NCBI GenBank assembly: GCA_976226885.1
Contig: OZ320318.1
Span: 5,332,001-5,396,000 of the forward strand
Direction of reading: 5' to 3'
Length of the DNA: 64,000 bases
From: Iphione sp. A-MEVVRFRX5
Taxonomy: Eukaryota
Shown here in pieces: positions 25,393 through 37,785 of the stretch (position 1 is its first letter; each line of letters begins with the position of its first letter). The notes under the pieces are model-generated. The model was not told where the DNA came from. It ran no database searches and saw only the letters and a program-made list of their open reading frames with translations. Position numbers and translations under genes: made by a program.

Positions 25393-27745
25393 AACTTGTA
25401 TGACGCAGAAGGAAGTGGTAAGATCACATTGCCCGGAGGGTATTGAATGTAAATGTATGCAAATAATGTGTTGTTCTGAAATAAAAAGTTATTGGTGGGA
25501 GACTCCCCACCAGTATGTAACATCAGAGAGGAGACAGGTAGGTCCTTCCCCTTCACCTGTAGGTGTGACTTAGCACCCCACAGAGTACCTTTGGTGACGG
25601 TGATGAGTCCTACCCCTGTGAGGCAACAGGATCGAGAAACTGGCTGACCTTACAGATTTGGCGATGAGGATGGGATGATTGAAGCAAGGACAGGAGAGGA
25701 AACTTTCCAGCCCATGCAGTGCAAATAGGAAGAAACACGCCGGTTCACAAGTAAATGTGGTGGAAGAGAAAGAAGTGTACAGTGAGAAGTGTAGACAGAT
25801 AGACAGTAGCTATGGCACAGGCCCAACCTGCAACAGCCAACCAGGTCGGCGCCCAGCAGATACAGCCTAACCTCAGAGAATACACCAAGCGTATGAGTCC
25901 CTGTGATGGAAAAGCGAGGGATGAAGTGAGGAAATTCATCGAAGACTTAGAAGCGATCAGGCAGTGGCTAGCAGCCCTTGATGCTATGCTACTCTCCGTG
26001 TTGGGCTACTTGACAAAGGGAACTCTCGAGATCGAGTGTTCAGACATTTCTATCAGGAAATCAGGCAGCAACATGGCCCCAAGTGAAAGCCCATATGATA
26101 GCCACTTTCTTAGAAGAAGATGAGATGGAGTTCCATCGTAATGAGCTGGAGAAGATGAGACAGAGGCCGTATGAGACAGTCAGAGAATACAGCCAAGGGT
26201 TTCTAGAGGCGATGAACCGGGCGTACGCGCCGGCTCAACTCCAAGACCCCTTGACACGGGCCTGGGTTGTCCGCTTTTACATCCAAGGGATCAGCGACAG
26301 AAATATCAGGGAGAAGGTTCATCTCATACAACCTGATACGATACCAGTTGCAATGGCTAAGGCGAATGATGTGGCCAGGTCAGTGACCCTGGCTAAAGAA
26401 GAGAACAGAGGGCCATGGCCGGGGGAGCAAGAAAAGGGCAGAAAAGAAGAGCCCATGGAGATCAATCTGGTTAGTACAGGAGGACAGGCAGGGGATGGGA
26501 AGTCAACAGAAGTTATTGAAGAATTGAGGTGACAGGTGCGGGGATTGTAGAAACAAGTAACAAAACTGAGCAAGAAAGAGCCAGGACCCACACCACCCCC
26601 GCCACCATTGTCCATACCCTACCAACCCCAAGCTCCCGCCACACAGGCCTGGCCAGACTGTAAGACACTGGGATGAGAACGGGACCCCTACTGTCTGCGG
26701 TGTGGGAAACTAGGACACATTGGTCGAGAGTGTGGAAGCAGAGTACCCAACCAAGTGAACGAAGTCAGCCAGGAAGGCCAGGGAAACTAGGCACATTGTT
26801 GGCCGAGCGGCCTGTCATCCATTTATTCATCCATGGGGTAAATACTGCCGCTCTGGTTGACATGGGGGCTGCCTGTTCCTTGATAAGTGAAGATCACTTT
26901 CGTTTTATCTGTTGCCGCAAGTAGGGGATGACTGTCTCCGGGATGGAGGAGGAGTCATCAACTACAACAGGCAGACCGTTACTCTGGGACTATCCCTTCC
27001 AGATGGCGAGGGGAGTGCTGGTCACATTTGTTGCAGTGAGAACAAGGTGGGCCAACATTTATCCAGAAGCGTTTGCTAACGAGACAGAGCCTCTAGGTTG
27101 CGTGAGTACCACCTGTACCATCAACACAGGCGGACAAGGACCCCTCTGCCAGAGGGCTTCCCGAATGCCCCTATCTAAAAGGAAAGTAATGGAAGAAGAA
27201 CTTGATAAGATGTTGACTGATGGGGTGATTAGATCGTCCAAGTCACTGTGGGTGTCTCCTATCACCTTAGTGCCAAAGAAAGATGGCGGAACAAGGTTCT
27301 GTGTAGACTATCCGAGATTGAATGCAGTCACAGTGAAGGACAGTCACCCTCTCCCGCTGGTGCAAGACATATTTGATCAATTGGGTGGCAGCACAAGGTT
27401 CACAACCCTAGATCTCAAAAGCGGCTATTGGCAAGTACCGATGCATGAAGACTCGATCTAGAAGACAGCGTTCGTGACACACAGAGGTTTGTACGAGTTT
27501 TTAGTTATGCCTTTTGGACTGTGTATTGCCCCTGCAGTCTTCCAGCGATTGATGCAGGAAGTGTTGCATGACTTGATTGGACAGTGTGTTATGGTGTATC
27601 TGGATGATATAGTGATATACTCAAGGACAGAAGAGGAGCATGTGAGAAATACAAAGTAGTGTTGGAACGACTTGTCGAAGCTGGAGTGAAGTTGAAGTTG
27701 AAGGTAGGTCCTGCCCCTTCACCTATAGGTGTGGCTTAGCACCCC
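25393..27745 (+). mobile_element. Truncated Gypsy element: short LTR (about 25393-25580), PBS-like tggtgacgg, gag, PR, RT, then a copy of the LTR 3' end
   Basis: gag with frameshifts and degraded CCHC; GGGAAACTAG at 26781; AALVDMGA protease; RT FCVDY, LDLKSGYWQ, YLDD; 44-bp LTR tail repeated at 25537 and 27702. Confidence 0.85.
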
Positions 27746-27759
27746 ACATACATAGTTAT

Positions 27760-28440
27760 CTTTTGCTTTGTTTCTGTTCAAAATCATTTCATAGTATAAC
27801 TCAATTATCCATGAATTTTTCTTTCGGGGGCATCTCCCCTAGTTTATCAAAGTATATCGACTGTCTAATAACAGACCTTTGATAGTGTACCAAATCAGAT
27901 CTACATCATCTAAGTACAATAAACTGTCCGAGTTATAGGTTCCTATTATCTTATCAATTCCTGATTTGAGCCTTTTCTTCGAACTATAGTTTAAATAAAC
28001 CCGTTCGTTTGGTATTTGTGTATTGATCATCATGGATATCATCTGGTGATACTGAAACCAGGGTCTCTAGTATTTTTCCTCAGTAATGTATGATCAATAC
28101 TACCAAAGACCAAAATCTAATTCGGTAGAGCTATGTGTGCTAATTCTAGTAAAACCTTTCTTATATTGAGAAAGTAAATTTTAAGTCTCACAGTTTCCTA
28201 GTTAAACTACATGATTTGTTATCGCAATTAGTGTTAAAATCACCTAGAAAAATGATATCATAATTTTTATATCTTCCTTTAAGATAATCAAGATCACTTT
28301 GAAGCTCGCTTATCCCATGTGATACATCTCCATGTGGTGGTCGGTATATATTACCAATCAGTAATGTGTAGTGAAGTAATCTCAGCTTGAGCCACTGGCA
28401 TTCAAGGTTATCACCAATATAACTTGTCTGCTCAATATAT
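27760..28440 (-). pseudogene. LINE (CR1/L2-like) apurinic endonuclease fragment
   Basis: Minus strand reads LLIGNIYRPP and IIFLGDFN. Confidence 0.75.
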
Positions 28441-28464
28441 TATATGTTTTTATTCAGCGATTCT

Positions 28465-29130
28465 TGTAATATATAATAAGCCCCCTGCTTGCAGATAGCA
28501 AGGTGGAGGAGCAGAGCATGACTAGACTCCTGCTGACCAGGAGCTTCAGCCTGTATATAAGGAGTGGGATCCATCCACCTCAAACAGACTGGTGAGGGGA
28601 GCAGAGACAACATCACTGGCTGAGCCACCAAGACCACCAGCCTGACTATCCTGAGAGAGGCCCATCACTGCTGCTACCAGGGGAAAAGCTGTCAAAAGCC
28701 AACCGATGTGCGGCTGCTGTGCTGTGCTGCTGTACTGTGCTGTGATGCTGTGCCATACTTTGCTGACGCTGCTATTAGGTTTTCCCCTGGGTAGACAGCG
28801 ATAGTGATAGGGATCCTCTTCTCAAATGTGGCTGGGTGGTAGGGATGTGCTGCCTTCTAACAATATTGTTCTTGCAATTAAACAATTTTTAAATAACTCC
28901 AGTCCCAAAGGCATCAATTGTTGCATTGTGTTACAAGTAACATAACCTTTTGGGTGCCATGACCAGGATAAGAACAAAGCTCTGTTACATTACAGCTTTC
29001 TGAATCCCTGATGGAGAAAGACACAATGAGACGAAGTGCTGCCGCAGTACATTTCTGACCTGCAGAACCATCATCACAACCGTTTGTCTCCATAACCAAC
29101 CATCATCACAACCGTTTGTCTCCATAACCA
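28465..29130 (+). repeat. LTR family A, copy 1
   Basis: Shares gatagcaaggtggaggagcag...ggagcttcagcctgtatataaggagtg...aataactccagtccc with the 32190 and 34335 copies; starts TG; gag follows. The end position is approximate. Confidence 0.8.
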
Positions 29131-29149
29131 GTAAGTCCTTTTATCTAGT

Positions 29150-31330
29150 ACCATGGCAGGACCAGTTAAAGCAGTTATTTGACCTTCTAACCCAGAGCAT
29201 GACCAGGATGTCCATTGCTTTTATAGAGCAGGGGGCAATTCAGAGTATTGAGAAGTTTACTGGCACCCCAGAAAGTATAAGGAGTGGGTGAGTGCTATCG
29301 AATGATGGAAGTTATAAGCTAACTAAGATGAGGTAGCAACCATCAAGGTGGCCTACCAGACAAGTGCAGGACCCAAGGGGGCACTTTATCCATCAGTATC
29401 TCTTAACCCCTTAAGGACCGAGAAAAATTAAGGTTTTCCAACATAAAAGGAGTGTCTAAAGATTGATTTTTGCTAGTGGACATAAGTTTGTTCTGAACAC
29501 TAGCACATCATATATCATTTTAAAAGTGGGGATTTCTACTTTATTCTAGTAGTGTTTCTTTGTTTCCATATGGGTTGCTATGGCAACCAGGTGAGGTTAA
29601 AAAGACCATATCTCACAAGAAAATTCCAACAAATTTACAATATTTTCTAAATTATGCAGTGAAACAGGGTTAAATATTAATCTTATGGGGAAATGTCCAA
29701 TTAGAAAAGTGTTAAGGAAGTGTTTTCCCAAATTTTGGTATCTAATTGGTTCTGATGCATAGGTCATAACAAATTTTACATAGCTTGGAAAGTGATATGT
29801 ATCACCCCCAAATAGTGCATCAGCATCAGCCATGGCATCATTGATGCATATTTGATGCATCATGGGATAGTACTAAAATGGATATATTCATAATTAAGGT
29901 AAAAAGTTCAGTGAGAAATAACTTTTCATGAAGGAAACTGTTATTTTTAGGAATTTTTAATAAGGAAAGGTAGAGATAACAGGACTAAGACCATAGATTT
30001 ATTATATTCTAATTATATGCATTATTATATATTTTTACATAATATTCATATATTGGTCGTGCATATTATTGTAGGGAATCACAGATCATCTTGTCACTAT
30101 TTTCTGAAGTAAATGTCACAAAATCCAAAGGATTTTGTCCCAAGATACATGTTCAAACATACAATTATAAATTTTTATCATATTTCAATAATTAAGCAGT
30201 TTAAGTTTGATAATAAGACTTAGATGTATGGATATTTATGGAAATATTTGCAACTAAGGTAAAATTATGCTATTTTGAGAGGTCATGTGACTGATTCTCC
30301 ATGGTAACTCAGTGTATTTTACAAAAGCTGAAGTGCCAAGGGATGGCTTACAATATGATCTTTCTTTGTGAAAAAAATGGAAGAAATCCTTTCATTTTTT
30401 ATTATCAAACCCCTTCCTTGAATCTTATCAAACATATATGTACGATAAGCCTATGGTTGGTCCTTAAGGGGTTAACTTACCCAAATGCCAAGTGGGAAGA
30501 TCTGAAGGTAGAATTAGCTCAATGATTCTCAGAAGTGACTGTAAGTCAGTACAATTTTTTTCTCCTCAGAAAGGCTAAGCAGAAGGAGGGACAGAATGTA
30601 CAGGTGTTCAGGGAGTTATTGAGCTAGTCACTAAAGCCTTCCCTGGGAAGGAAAATGAGGCAGATATAGATGGTATCAGTCATGTAGGGATGAATATGTC
30701 AGTGCCTAGGGCAGACCCGAAAAACCTGACCGAGTTGATAAAAGTAGCCATGAGAGAGCAAAATCTAAGGAGAAAACTTGATCTGGAGGGGGGCCTAAGT
30801 GGGTAGGCAAATCCTGAGCATAAAGAGGACCCATGTAAGTTGATTACACCAGACCAAGGCGGGTATGCTGTAATTGCAAACGCAGCCATCAGGGCCCATG
30901 CAAAGAGAGTACAAGAGCTGGAGGTAGTGACAACTGAGGAAGAGTGCTGGCATTGCAAACAGCCGGGCCATCAAGTTTGGAAAAGAAAAATACAAACCCC
31001 AATGTCAAAACTATGCAGAGCTCAAATTAGGAGACCCCGTCTATCAAAATCTCCAAAAACAGGGCAAATTAGACAAACATTGGGTTCCCTATGATAGAAT
31101 ATTGAGAAAAAGACCCTAATGACATTTCTCATCAAGAATCAGTTGACAGGTAAGACCCTAAAAGCTCATGCTACTAACCTTTGGAAAGCTGATATCGAAG
31201 ATTGGGAGATACCATCAAGCAAAACTACCCCAAATCAAGTACTGAGACCCTAATGCTATGTTGTACCAGATGACAGTAGTGATGAAAGCGACTCTGACAG
31301 TGAGATAGATGATTCCAAAATGGACAAACC
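29150..31330 (+). pseudogene. gag: Degraded Gypsy gag (with CCHC knuckle) fused to an integrase tail; most of pol deleted
   Basis: IQSIEKFTG, LRKAKQKEG, ECWHCKQPGH; then YRILRK..FLIKNQLTGK. Confidence 0.7.
29407..30471. mobile_element. Non-autonomous piggyBac-type element (1065 bp)
   Basis: TTAA duplication (29403-29406, 30472-30475); perfect 13-bp TIR CCCCTTAAGGACC; AT-rich non-coding interior; excision rejoins gag (HQYL|LTYPNAKWEDLK). Confidence 0.92.
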
Positions 31331-32189
31331 CCTAGCAAGGTTACGGAAATGGTATTGTAAGGAGAGGGAGGATTCCAGAGGAAGAAGATATTCCTCTGAT
31401 GGAACTAGATATTCCTCTGATGGAACTAGCTAAGTGAATGAGAGAGAGGGAAGAAAGAAAAGAACAGATGGAGAGGGAGAGAATTGTGGAACATACAGAG
31501 GGGGACATTAATGAACAAGAAGATTGCATTTCTGACAAGAGACCCACTGACTCAGAAATGCCCATGGACAGTGAGACTGACAATCGAAACATGGAGAATG
31601 ATGACATGGGTGTACAGGTGCAAAATGCATGTAGGCAATCAACTACTAAGCGTAAGGGCCAAAGCTTATGCTGAGCCGTGAAAGGCATTGAAGTCATTTT
31701 TAGGCTGGCCGTTGATTAGTAGTAGTAAGCGTATTGTTTTACCAGGCAGCAATACGGACAGAGAGGATTGATGGTCATTATGTATATATTTTCCAGAAGA
31801 AACCATGATCAGACTGATGGTCATAACCTTCTTTATGACAGCCAGTGCTTTAATCATTAACAATAAGGTAGTTTTTAAAAGAGTAAACATAGTAACCACA
31901 ACCACATTGACATCTACGAATATTTATTGTTTGTAGATAGAGAAAAAGTGTATTTTCAGCTGGCTGCAAATACCTAGTTGTATGAAATTGCCAGGATAAA
32001 TAAACGATTAATAATAATAACATGGCTTGTCTCCCTTATGGTAGACTTGAAACCATTCACTTCATGAAGAAAATAGCCGGGAATGTAGATGGTAGCTAGA
32101 TACTGTAACACAAATGAAGAATTTAAAGACATTAATTAATTTATTTCAAACAAAAGGTGTCTATAACTTTGGTGGAGGGGGGAGGACCT

Positions 32190-32808
32190 TGTGATATCTG
32201 CTTCCAGATAGCAAGGTGGAGGAGCAGCATGTGACCAGACAGATAATGGATGGATGGGAACTATTCCTGCTGACAAGATACCAGGAGCTTCAGCCTGTAT
32301 ATAAGGAGTGAGATCCATCCACCTTAGACAGACTGGAGGGAGGAGCAGAGACGACAACAACCGGCTGAACCATCAAGACCACCAGCCTAACTCTACCCTG
32401 AGGGAAGCCCATCACTACTGCTACCATGGGAAGTGCTGCCACAAGCCGACCGATATACTGCTGCTGTGCTGTGCTGATGCTGCTTTTAGGCCTTCCCCTG
32501 AGTAGATAGTGCTAAGGACCCTCTTCTCTGCTTTGGCTGGGTGGTGGAGCCGTGCTGCCTTCGAACACTACTATTTCATTCAATAAACCATTTTCAAATA
32601 ACTCCAGTCCCAAAGGCGTCACTTGTTACATTGTGTTACAAGTGACTAACCTTTTTGGTGCCATGACCAGGATTCATAAAGCTCTGTTATATTACAGCTT
32701 ACTGGATCCTGACGAAGGTAGGCAAACAAGAGACGAAATACTACCACTGAACACGTGCAAGGAGGATAAACCATCACAACTGACCACTTGTCCCTGTAAT
32801 CATCAACA
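32190..32808 (+). repeat. LTR family A, copy 2, preceded by a polypurine tract
   Basis: ggagggggggagga-cct-TGTGATATC ... catcaaCA. Confidence 0.8.
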
Positions 32809-34334
32809 TGTAAGACCCTGAAAAGCTCACCAGCCATTGGTCAATGGGAAGAAAGAACCGAGTAATGGCCTACTGGTTGTTTTTTCTGGATGCCAGGAAA
32901 CGTGGTTATACAAGGGAAGAAGTTGAACTTGTCTGGCCAAAGGTGCATGAAGCCCATCGTAGTATATAGAAAGCAAAGGTAAGAAAACAGAACCAGGTGA
33001 AAGAAGTGGCACATGCTCCAGGTCGTCTAGGGTTAATGGCCCAAACCCGACTAGTGTATGCACGTAGATCACTGGCTTCGCAGATGCCGCAGATAGGCTA
33101 AGCGGACGACCCGCTGGGAGATGGGAGGTCTGTCTACAGAGAATTACAGCTGAGATCAGAAGATGGAGAGGTAAATATTGAACAATTTGTGTGTGCTGTC
33201 GAAGACGTCAAAGGACCTGCATTCTGGGACACCAGTGGAGAGGTATGGTAGAGACTGGTATGGACTGCTCCAGTTTGGGACAGAAGCACGAAGGAGTTGG
33301 GCGCTGCAGTACCGAGTGACGTGCTCCCTACTCCTAAGTGCTTAAAAAGTGTTGATGTTGAAGTTAAATGTATTGAACAGTGTCAACGTTAAATGTGTTG
33401 AAGGGTATTGAGGTTTAATCTGTCAAACGATGTTGAACAGGTGTTGGTTGAACAGTGTCAATGTTCAATGTGTTGAAGTGAAAAGTGTTGAATAATGTTG
33501 AAGTTGAACAGTGTTGGTCAGGCAGTATTGATGTTAAATGTGTTGAACGATGTTGAAGTCAAGTAATATTGAAGATGAATGGTGCTGACGTAAAATGTGT
33601 TGGATGATGTTGAAGTTGAATGGTGATAAAGTTAATGATGCTGAAATAAAACGTGTGGAATAGTGTGGAAGGTTGGAGGTGATAGTAGGATGGGGGAAGA
33701 ACCTGCCACTCCTGTTTTAATGTGACGCCACATACAAAGTGGTACTGGATGGGGAGATAATTTTTTTGGATGCAACTGAGTGATGGGGGCAGTACTATCG
33801 AAATTTGATGGTTATGAGAAATGGTATGGGATAGGGAGTTAATTGTTGATGCAACTGAATGGAGGAGGGAGGGCCATACTTGGGTCAATAGTGGCAATAG
33901 GACTGGTAAACTCCCTCATACCAATGATCATGCAGATGACGCTGATCGGTTGTGGGATGGGAGGAGGACTATCAGTCCATTGCAGTTGATGAGGTCGTAG
34001 GATTCTCAATGGAGGTAGACGTAGTTAGCATCGCCAGGAAGCCTACTCCTGGCCAACGATGGAAGGAAGGTCATCAGGTGGGCAGCGATCATTGCTCTGG
34101 GGATGAGGGTCTTCAGGACCCTATGACTAGTATGTTGGGAGTACCACTAGCATCCTCACCCAATGATGACTCTTCAAGAAGAGCTGTGACAAACACAGAC
34201 GCAAGGTGGTCATTGTTCACCTGTTTGGGGGTGAGTGTAACACAATTGCCCTTGAGGAGACAAATTTTCAAATGAACAATTTAATTCTATATGTTGTGTG
34301 AAATAAAGATGAATATAGTGGGGGGGGAGGACCT

Positions 34335-34783
34335 TGTGATATCTGCTTCCAGATAGCAAGGTGGAGGAGCAGCGCATGACCGGACAGATGTCTGATGGAT
34401 GGGAACCACTCCTGCTGACAAGATACCAGGAGCTTCAGCCTGTATATAAGGAGTGAGATCCATAAACCTCAGACAGACTGGAGGGAGGAGCAGAGACGAC
34501 AACAACCGCCAAGACCACCAGCCTGACTACCCTGAGGGAAGCCCACCACTGCTGCTACCAGGGAAAGTGCTGCCACAAGCCAATCGATGTGCTGCTGCTG
34601 TGCTGCCGTGCCATGCTACTGTCCTGATGCTGCTGTTAGGCCTTCCCCTGAGTAGACAGTGCAAGGGACCCTCTTCTGTCCGGTGGCAGGGTGGTGGAGC
34701 CATGCTGCCTTCGAACACTACTATTTCATTCAATAAACCATTTTCAAATAACTCCAGTCCCAAGGGCATCACTTGTTACATGT
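34335..34783 (+). repeat. LTR family A, copy 3, interrupted by the young Gypsy element
   Basis: Same PPT and TGTGATATC start; about 10 further nt (atgtgttaca) follow 44222. Confidence 0.85.
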
Positions 34784-35294
34784 TGTACCATTGGCAAACC
34801 ACCGGTTAGTCCTCTAAGGGATCTCCACGCATTCTGAACAATGAGGTCATGTGGTATAGAGAACAGGTTAATATATGCAGGAAGGCCTGGAGTGAGATGG
34901 CGTCCAGCCAAGGAGTGACTGGGAGGAGTATGATGAAAGATCCTGGTACAAGACGTCAAAGGAGGAAAAGACAATAAAACAAAGAACTTAGTAATGACGT
35001 CAAGAAACATCACGAGACGGGATATGTTGCTATTTTGCCGGGAGGCGTGTGTGTGTAATACCGGTTAGAAAGGAAATGGGATGTTGTCATAGCATCGAGG
35101 GGCGAAGGATACACGTAAACATCTACATACCGAGATGAGTATAAACGTAGCTAAGGAAAAGATAATAAACGTCTTCTCTTGTCTGAGCTTCAGACCATGC
35201 GGTTCCGTGTCCTGCTTTGTCCATAATACTAGAGGGAACTCTACAGTAGTAAATGTGAACGTGTGGCCCGGGCCCTGTCCAACCGTACGGCACA
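34784..35294 (+). repeat. 5' LTR of the young element
   Basis: TGTACC...GGCACA; six differences from the 3' LTR found by eye. Confidence 0.97.
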
Positions 35295-35560
35295 TTGTTT
35301 GGGGACCCGGACGAGACTCCGGCGAGGAGAGTGGGATGGTTCCCTAGTCGCCCGTCGGAGGAGAGAGGCAGGACGCAAACCTGTTCATGGTTTGACAGGG
35401 TAAGCTGGGTGACTGCTAGCCGACTGACACCGGTCTGATGTGCAGATGGCGAATAGTGGCTCTGCATTTAAACCATTCTGGCTGTGGGTGTTGGTTTGGA
35501 GGGTGCCGCTACAAGTTTGGAGCATCGTGGTAATGGCGCAGGCCCTCTCGCCCCGACGAC

Positions 35561-36640
35561 ATGCCAGGAAAACGAAGCAAGACGGCCCTGTACTGGCTGT
35601 TCCTCTTGGATGCCCGAGCAGCCGGGTACACTAGGTACCAAGTCGAGCACACCTGGCCGCAGGTAACGGAGGAGGAACGACTAGAGTACCGAGAGGCAGC
35701 GAAAGAGTCCACCAGAGGGCGTAAGTTAGGTATTCCTGTTACTGCACCTAACCTATTGCGGACTTCCATAGTGGCAAAGCTCAATCGTACACCACGGGAA
35801 GGGCCGCCCCGATTCTCCAGGCACGTGGGATTCCTCTCGAGGCACGTGGAGTGGAGGTCTCCACGGGTGACTGAACCGGAGGACGAGCGGTGTGTCGTGG
35901 TAGAAGCCGAAGACGAGCGGCGTGTTGTAGTGCATGATCAGAGGCGGGTTGTGATTGAAGAGGAGGACGCCCAGCTACGACCCCGTGGGTTGCGGTCTGA
36001 CCCACTGACCAGATTTCCAGCACTACCGGCAGTTGAGGATACCCCGCGGATAGTGGAGGTGAGTGACTGGGAGGAAGAAGGTGCCGTTGGAGGGGTCTGC
36101 CTGGACAGGCCAGAGACTCTCCCCTGGTTGCCCCCTCCATTGCCTCCAACTGACCTTGAGGAGAGATTCCCCGCAGATTTTGTCAAGCGACAGGTTGAGA
36201 AACAGTTTCTGCCTTATGGACCGCCGTCTCCCCCTTCTGAGTTCCGGGACATGCCGGGACTGGAGCCCATTCCTGGACTGGTGTGTCGGCCGGAGTTAAC
36301 TGATTCTGACTACGAACTTGACTCTCCTTTTGAGTACCTGAGTTTGTGCGTAGAATCCGCTGAGGCCGCCCGTAGGTCATGTCGGCGGCGGTCGCATGCT
36401 CCAACTCGTCCCAGCACACCCTTGGACGATACTCCCAAGACAGGCGAGAGTTACTTCGCCCAGGTGAGCCGTGCCGTCTGGCAGTCTCTCGAGGACGATT
36501 GGAGCAGTGACAAAGAAGTAAACCTCGAGTGGTACTTTGAGGAGATGAAGGATGTAATGGGACCAAACCTGTGGAGCCGCCGATACGAGCCAGGCCCCGA
36601 GGAGTTTGGACCGGAAGGGTTGGAAAGACGTGACGGTTAG
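35561..36640 (+). CDS. Extra ORF0 (359 aa) between PBS and gag; N-terminal HMG-box-like segment, acidic/Pro-rich remainder
   Basis: Uninterrupted ATG-to-TAG frame. KRSKTALYWLFLLDAR...WPQVTEEERLEYREAAKE resembles HMG helices 1 and 3 with a shortened middle. Confidence 0.7.
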   Translation: MPGKRSKTALYWLFLLDARAAGYTRYQVEHTWPQVTEEERLEYREAAKESTRGRKLGIPVTAPNLLRTSIVAKLNRTPREGPPRFSRHVGFLSRHVEWRSPRVTEPEDERCVVVEAEDERRVVVHDQRRVVIEEEDAQLRPRGLRSDPLTRFPALPAVEDTPRIVEVSDWEEEGAVGGVCLDRPETLPWLPPPLPPTDLEERFPADFVKRQVEKQFLPYGPPSPPSEFRDMPGLEPIPGLVCRPELTDSDYELDSPFEYLSLCVESAEAARRSCRRRSHAPTRPSTPLDDTPKTGESYFAQVSRAVWQSLEDDWSSDKEVNLEWYFEEMKDVMGPNLWSRRYEPGPEEFGPEGLERRDG

Positions 36641-36696
36641 GAGAACATCGTGTTTGATATACAGCTGCCTTCTGACTGCCCAGACGTACCAACACC

Positions 36697-37768
36697 ATGG
36701 CGACCCCAGCACCCGCCCCCACGGAAGAGGATTACCTCCGGCAGATCCAACATCAGGAACAACAACTTCGGCAGTTGGAGGTCCGGATCCAGCAGTTGAC
36801 GACGCAGCAACAACAACAACAGCAACAACCCCAGCAACAGCAGCCGCAGAACAAGTCCGATTGGCAACGACAACTCCTGTTTAGGCACGAGTGCGCAGTC
36901 TTGGACGGGGACCGGGGACGGAGAGGTGTTGAGCTTGGTGGGATGTTTAGTAAAAGGGAAGCTGGACCAGTCGATTCGTCGCTGGATCTCGGAATTTAAG
37001 CAGCAGAACGGGGAGAATGCCGTCTGTACGTGGGGATACCTTAAGAAGTGTATAGAAACCCACTACCTGGACGCTGACGAGCGGGAGTACCTGCGGCGCA
37101 AGGTAGACGAATTGTGCCAGACTCCGCTCCAGGGGGTCCGGGAGTATGCCCAGAGCTTTGAACAGGCGGTGCGACGGGCGTACACGGAAGAGGAACTGGG
37201 CGTAGAGGTCGTGAAAGATCGGCTGATAAAGATGTCTGTGTCTGGGATTAGGAATTCAGGGACTCGTATCCAGGTCTTCATTGACCGGCCGACGACTCTG
37301 GTGGCCACCTACGAACGGGCCGTGGCGATTGATCGAGCTACGGAAATGGCCTGTACGACGCGCAATGAGGAGGCCATGGAGGTGGGGGCTGTTGGGGGAG
37401 GCCCACGTCCACCGCGTGCCGGAACACCACGAGCCACCTGGGCACCGGCCACGCCAGACGACCTCCTAAAGAAGATGGGGGAAATGATGGCGAACGTCGA
37501 TCGCCGTCTGAATGACCTGCGCCTGGAGGTCACTAACACCGTAGCCACCGCGGGACAAGCAACTCCCCAGAGGAAGCGGGCTCGGGGTAAAGGCCCACGG
37601 AAGCTGAGGAATCAGTACGGGAAGGAACCTTGGACCCCGGATGGCCGGCGGGTGTGCTTCAACTGCCCTCAGGAGGGGCACATGTTGAGGGAGTGCCAAG
37701 CCCCTCATGCTCCTCGTGACTCTCGTGACTCGACAGAGACACAACCGAAACAGGGAAACGGGAAATAG
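36697..37768 (+). CDS. gag: gag, broken by a frameshift (probably a deletion) near 36900
   Basis: Q-rich N-terminus, retrotransposon-gag core (QGVREYAQSFE), CCHC knuckle CFNCPQEGHMLREC. Confidence 0.9.
37753..37759 (+). promoter_or_regulatory. -1 ribosomal frameshift heptamer G GGA AAC at the gag-pol junction
   Basis: X XXY YYZ in the gag frame two codons before the stop; pol is in the -1 frame. Confidence 0.8.
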
Positions 37769-37785
37769 CCGCATCTGACGGACGA

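Noticed and set aside
36245-36275. PxLxP (MYND-binding) motif MPGLEP in ORF0
   Set aside because: A short motif in Pro-rich sequence is expected by chance; it cannot be supported without conservation data.
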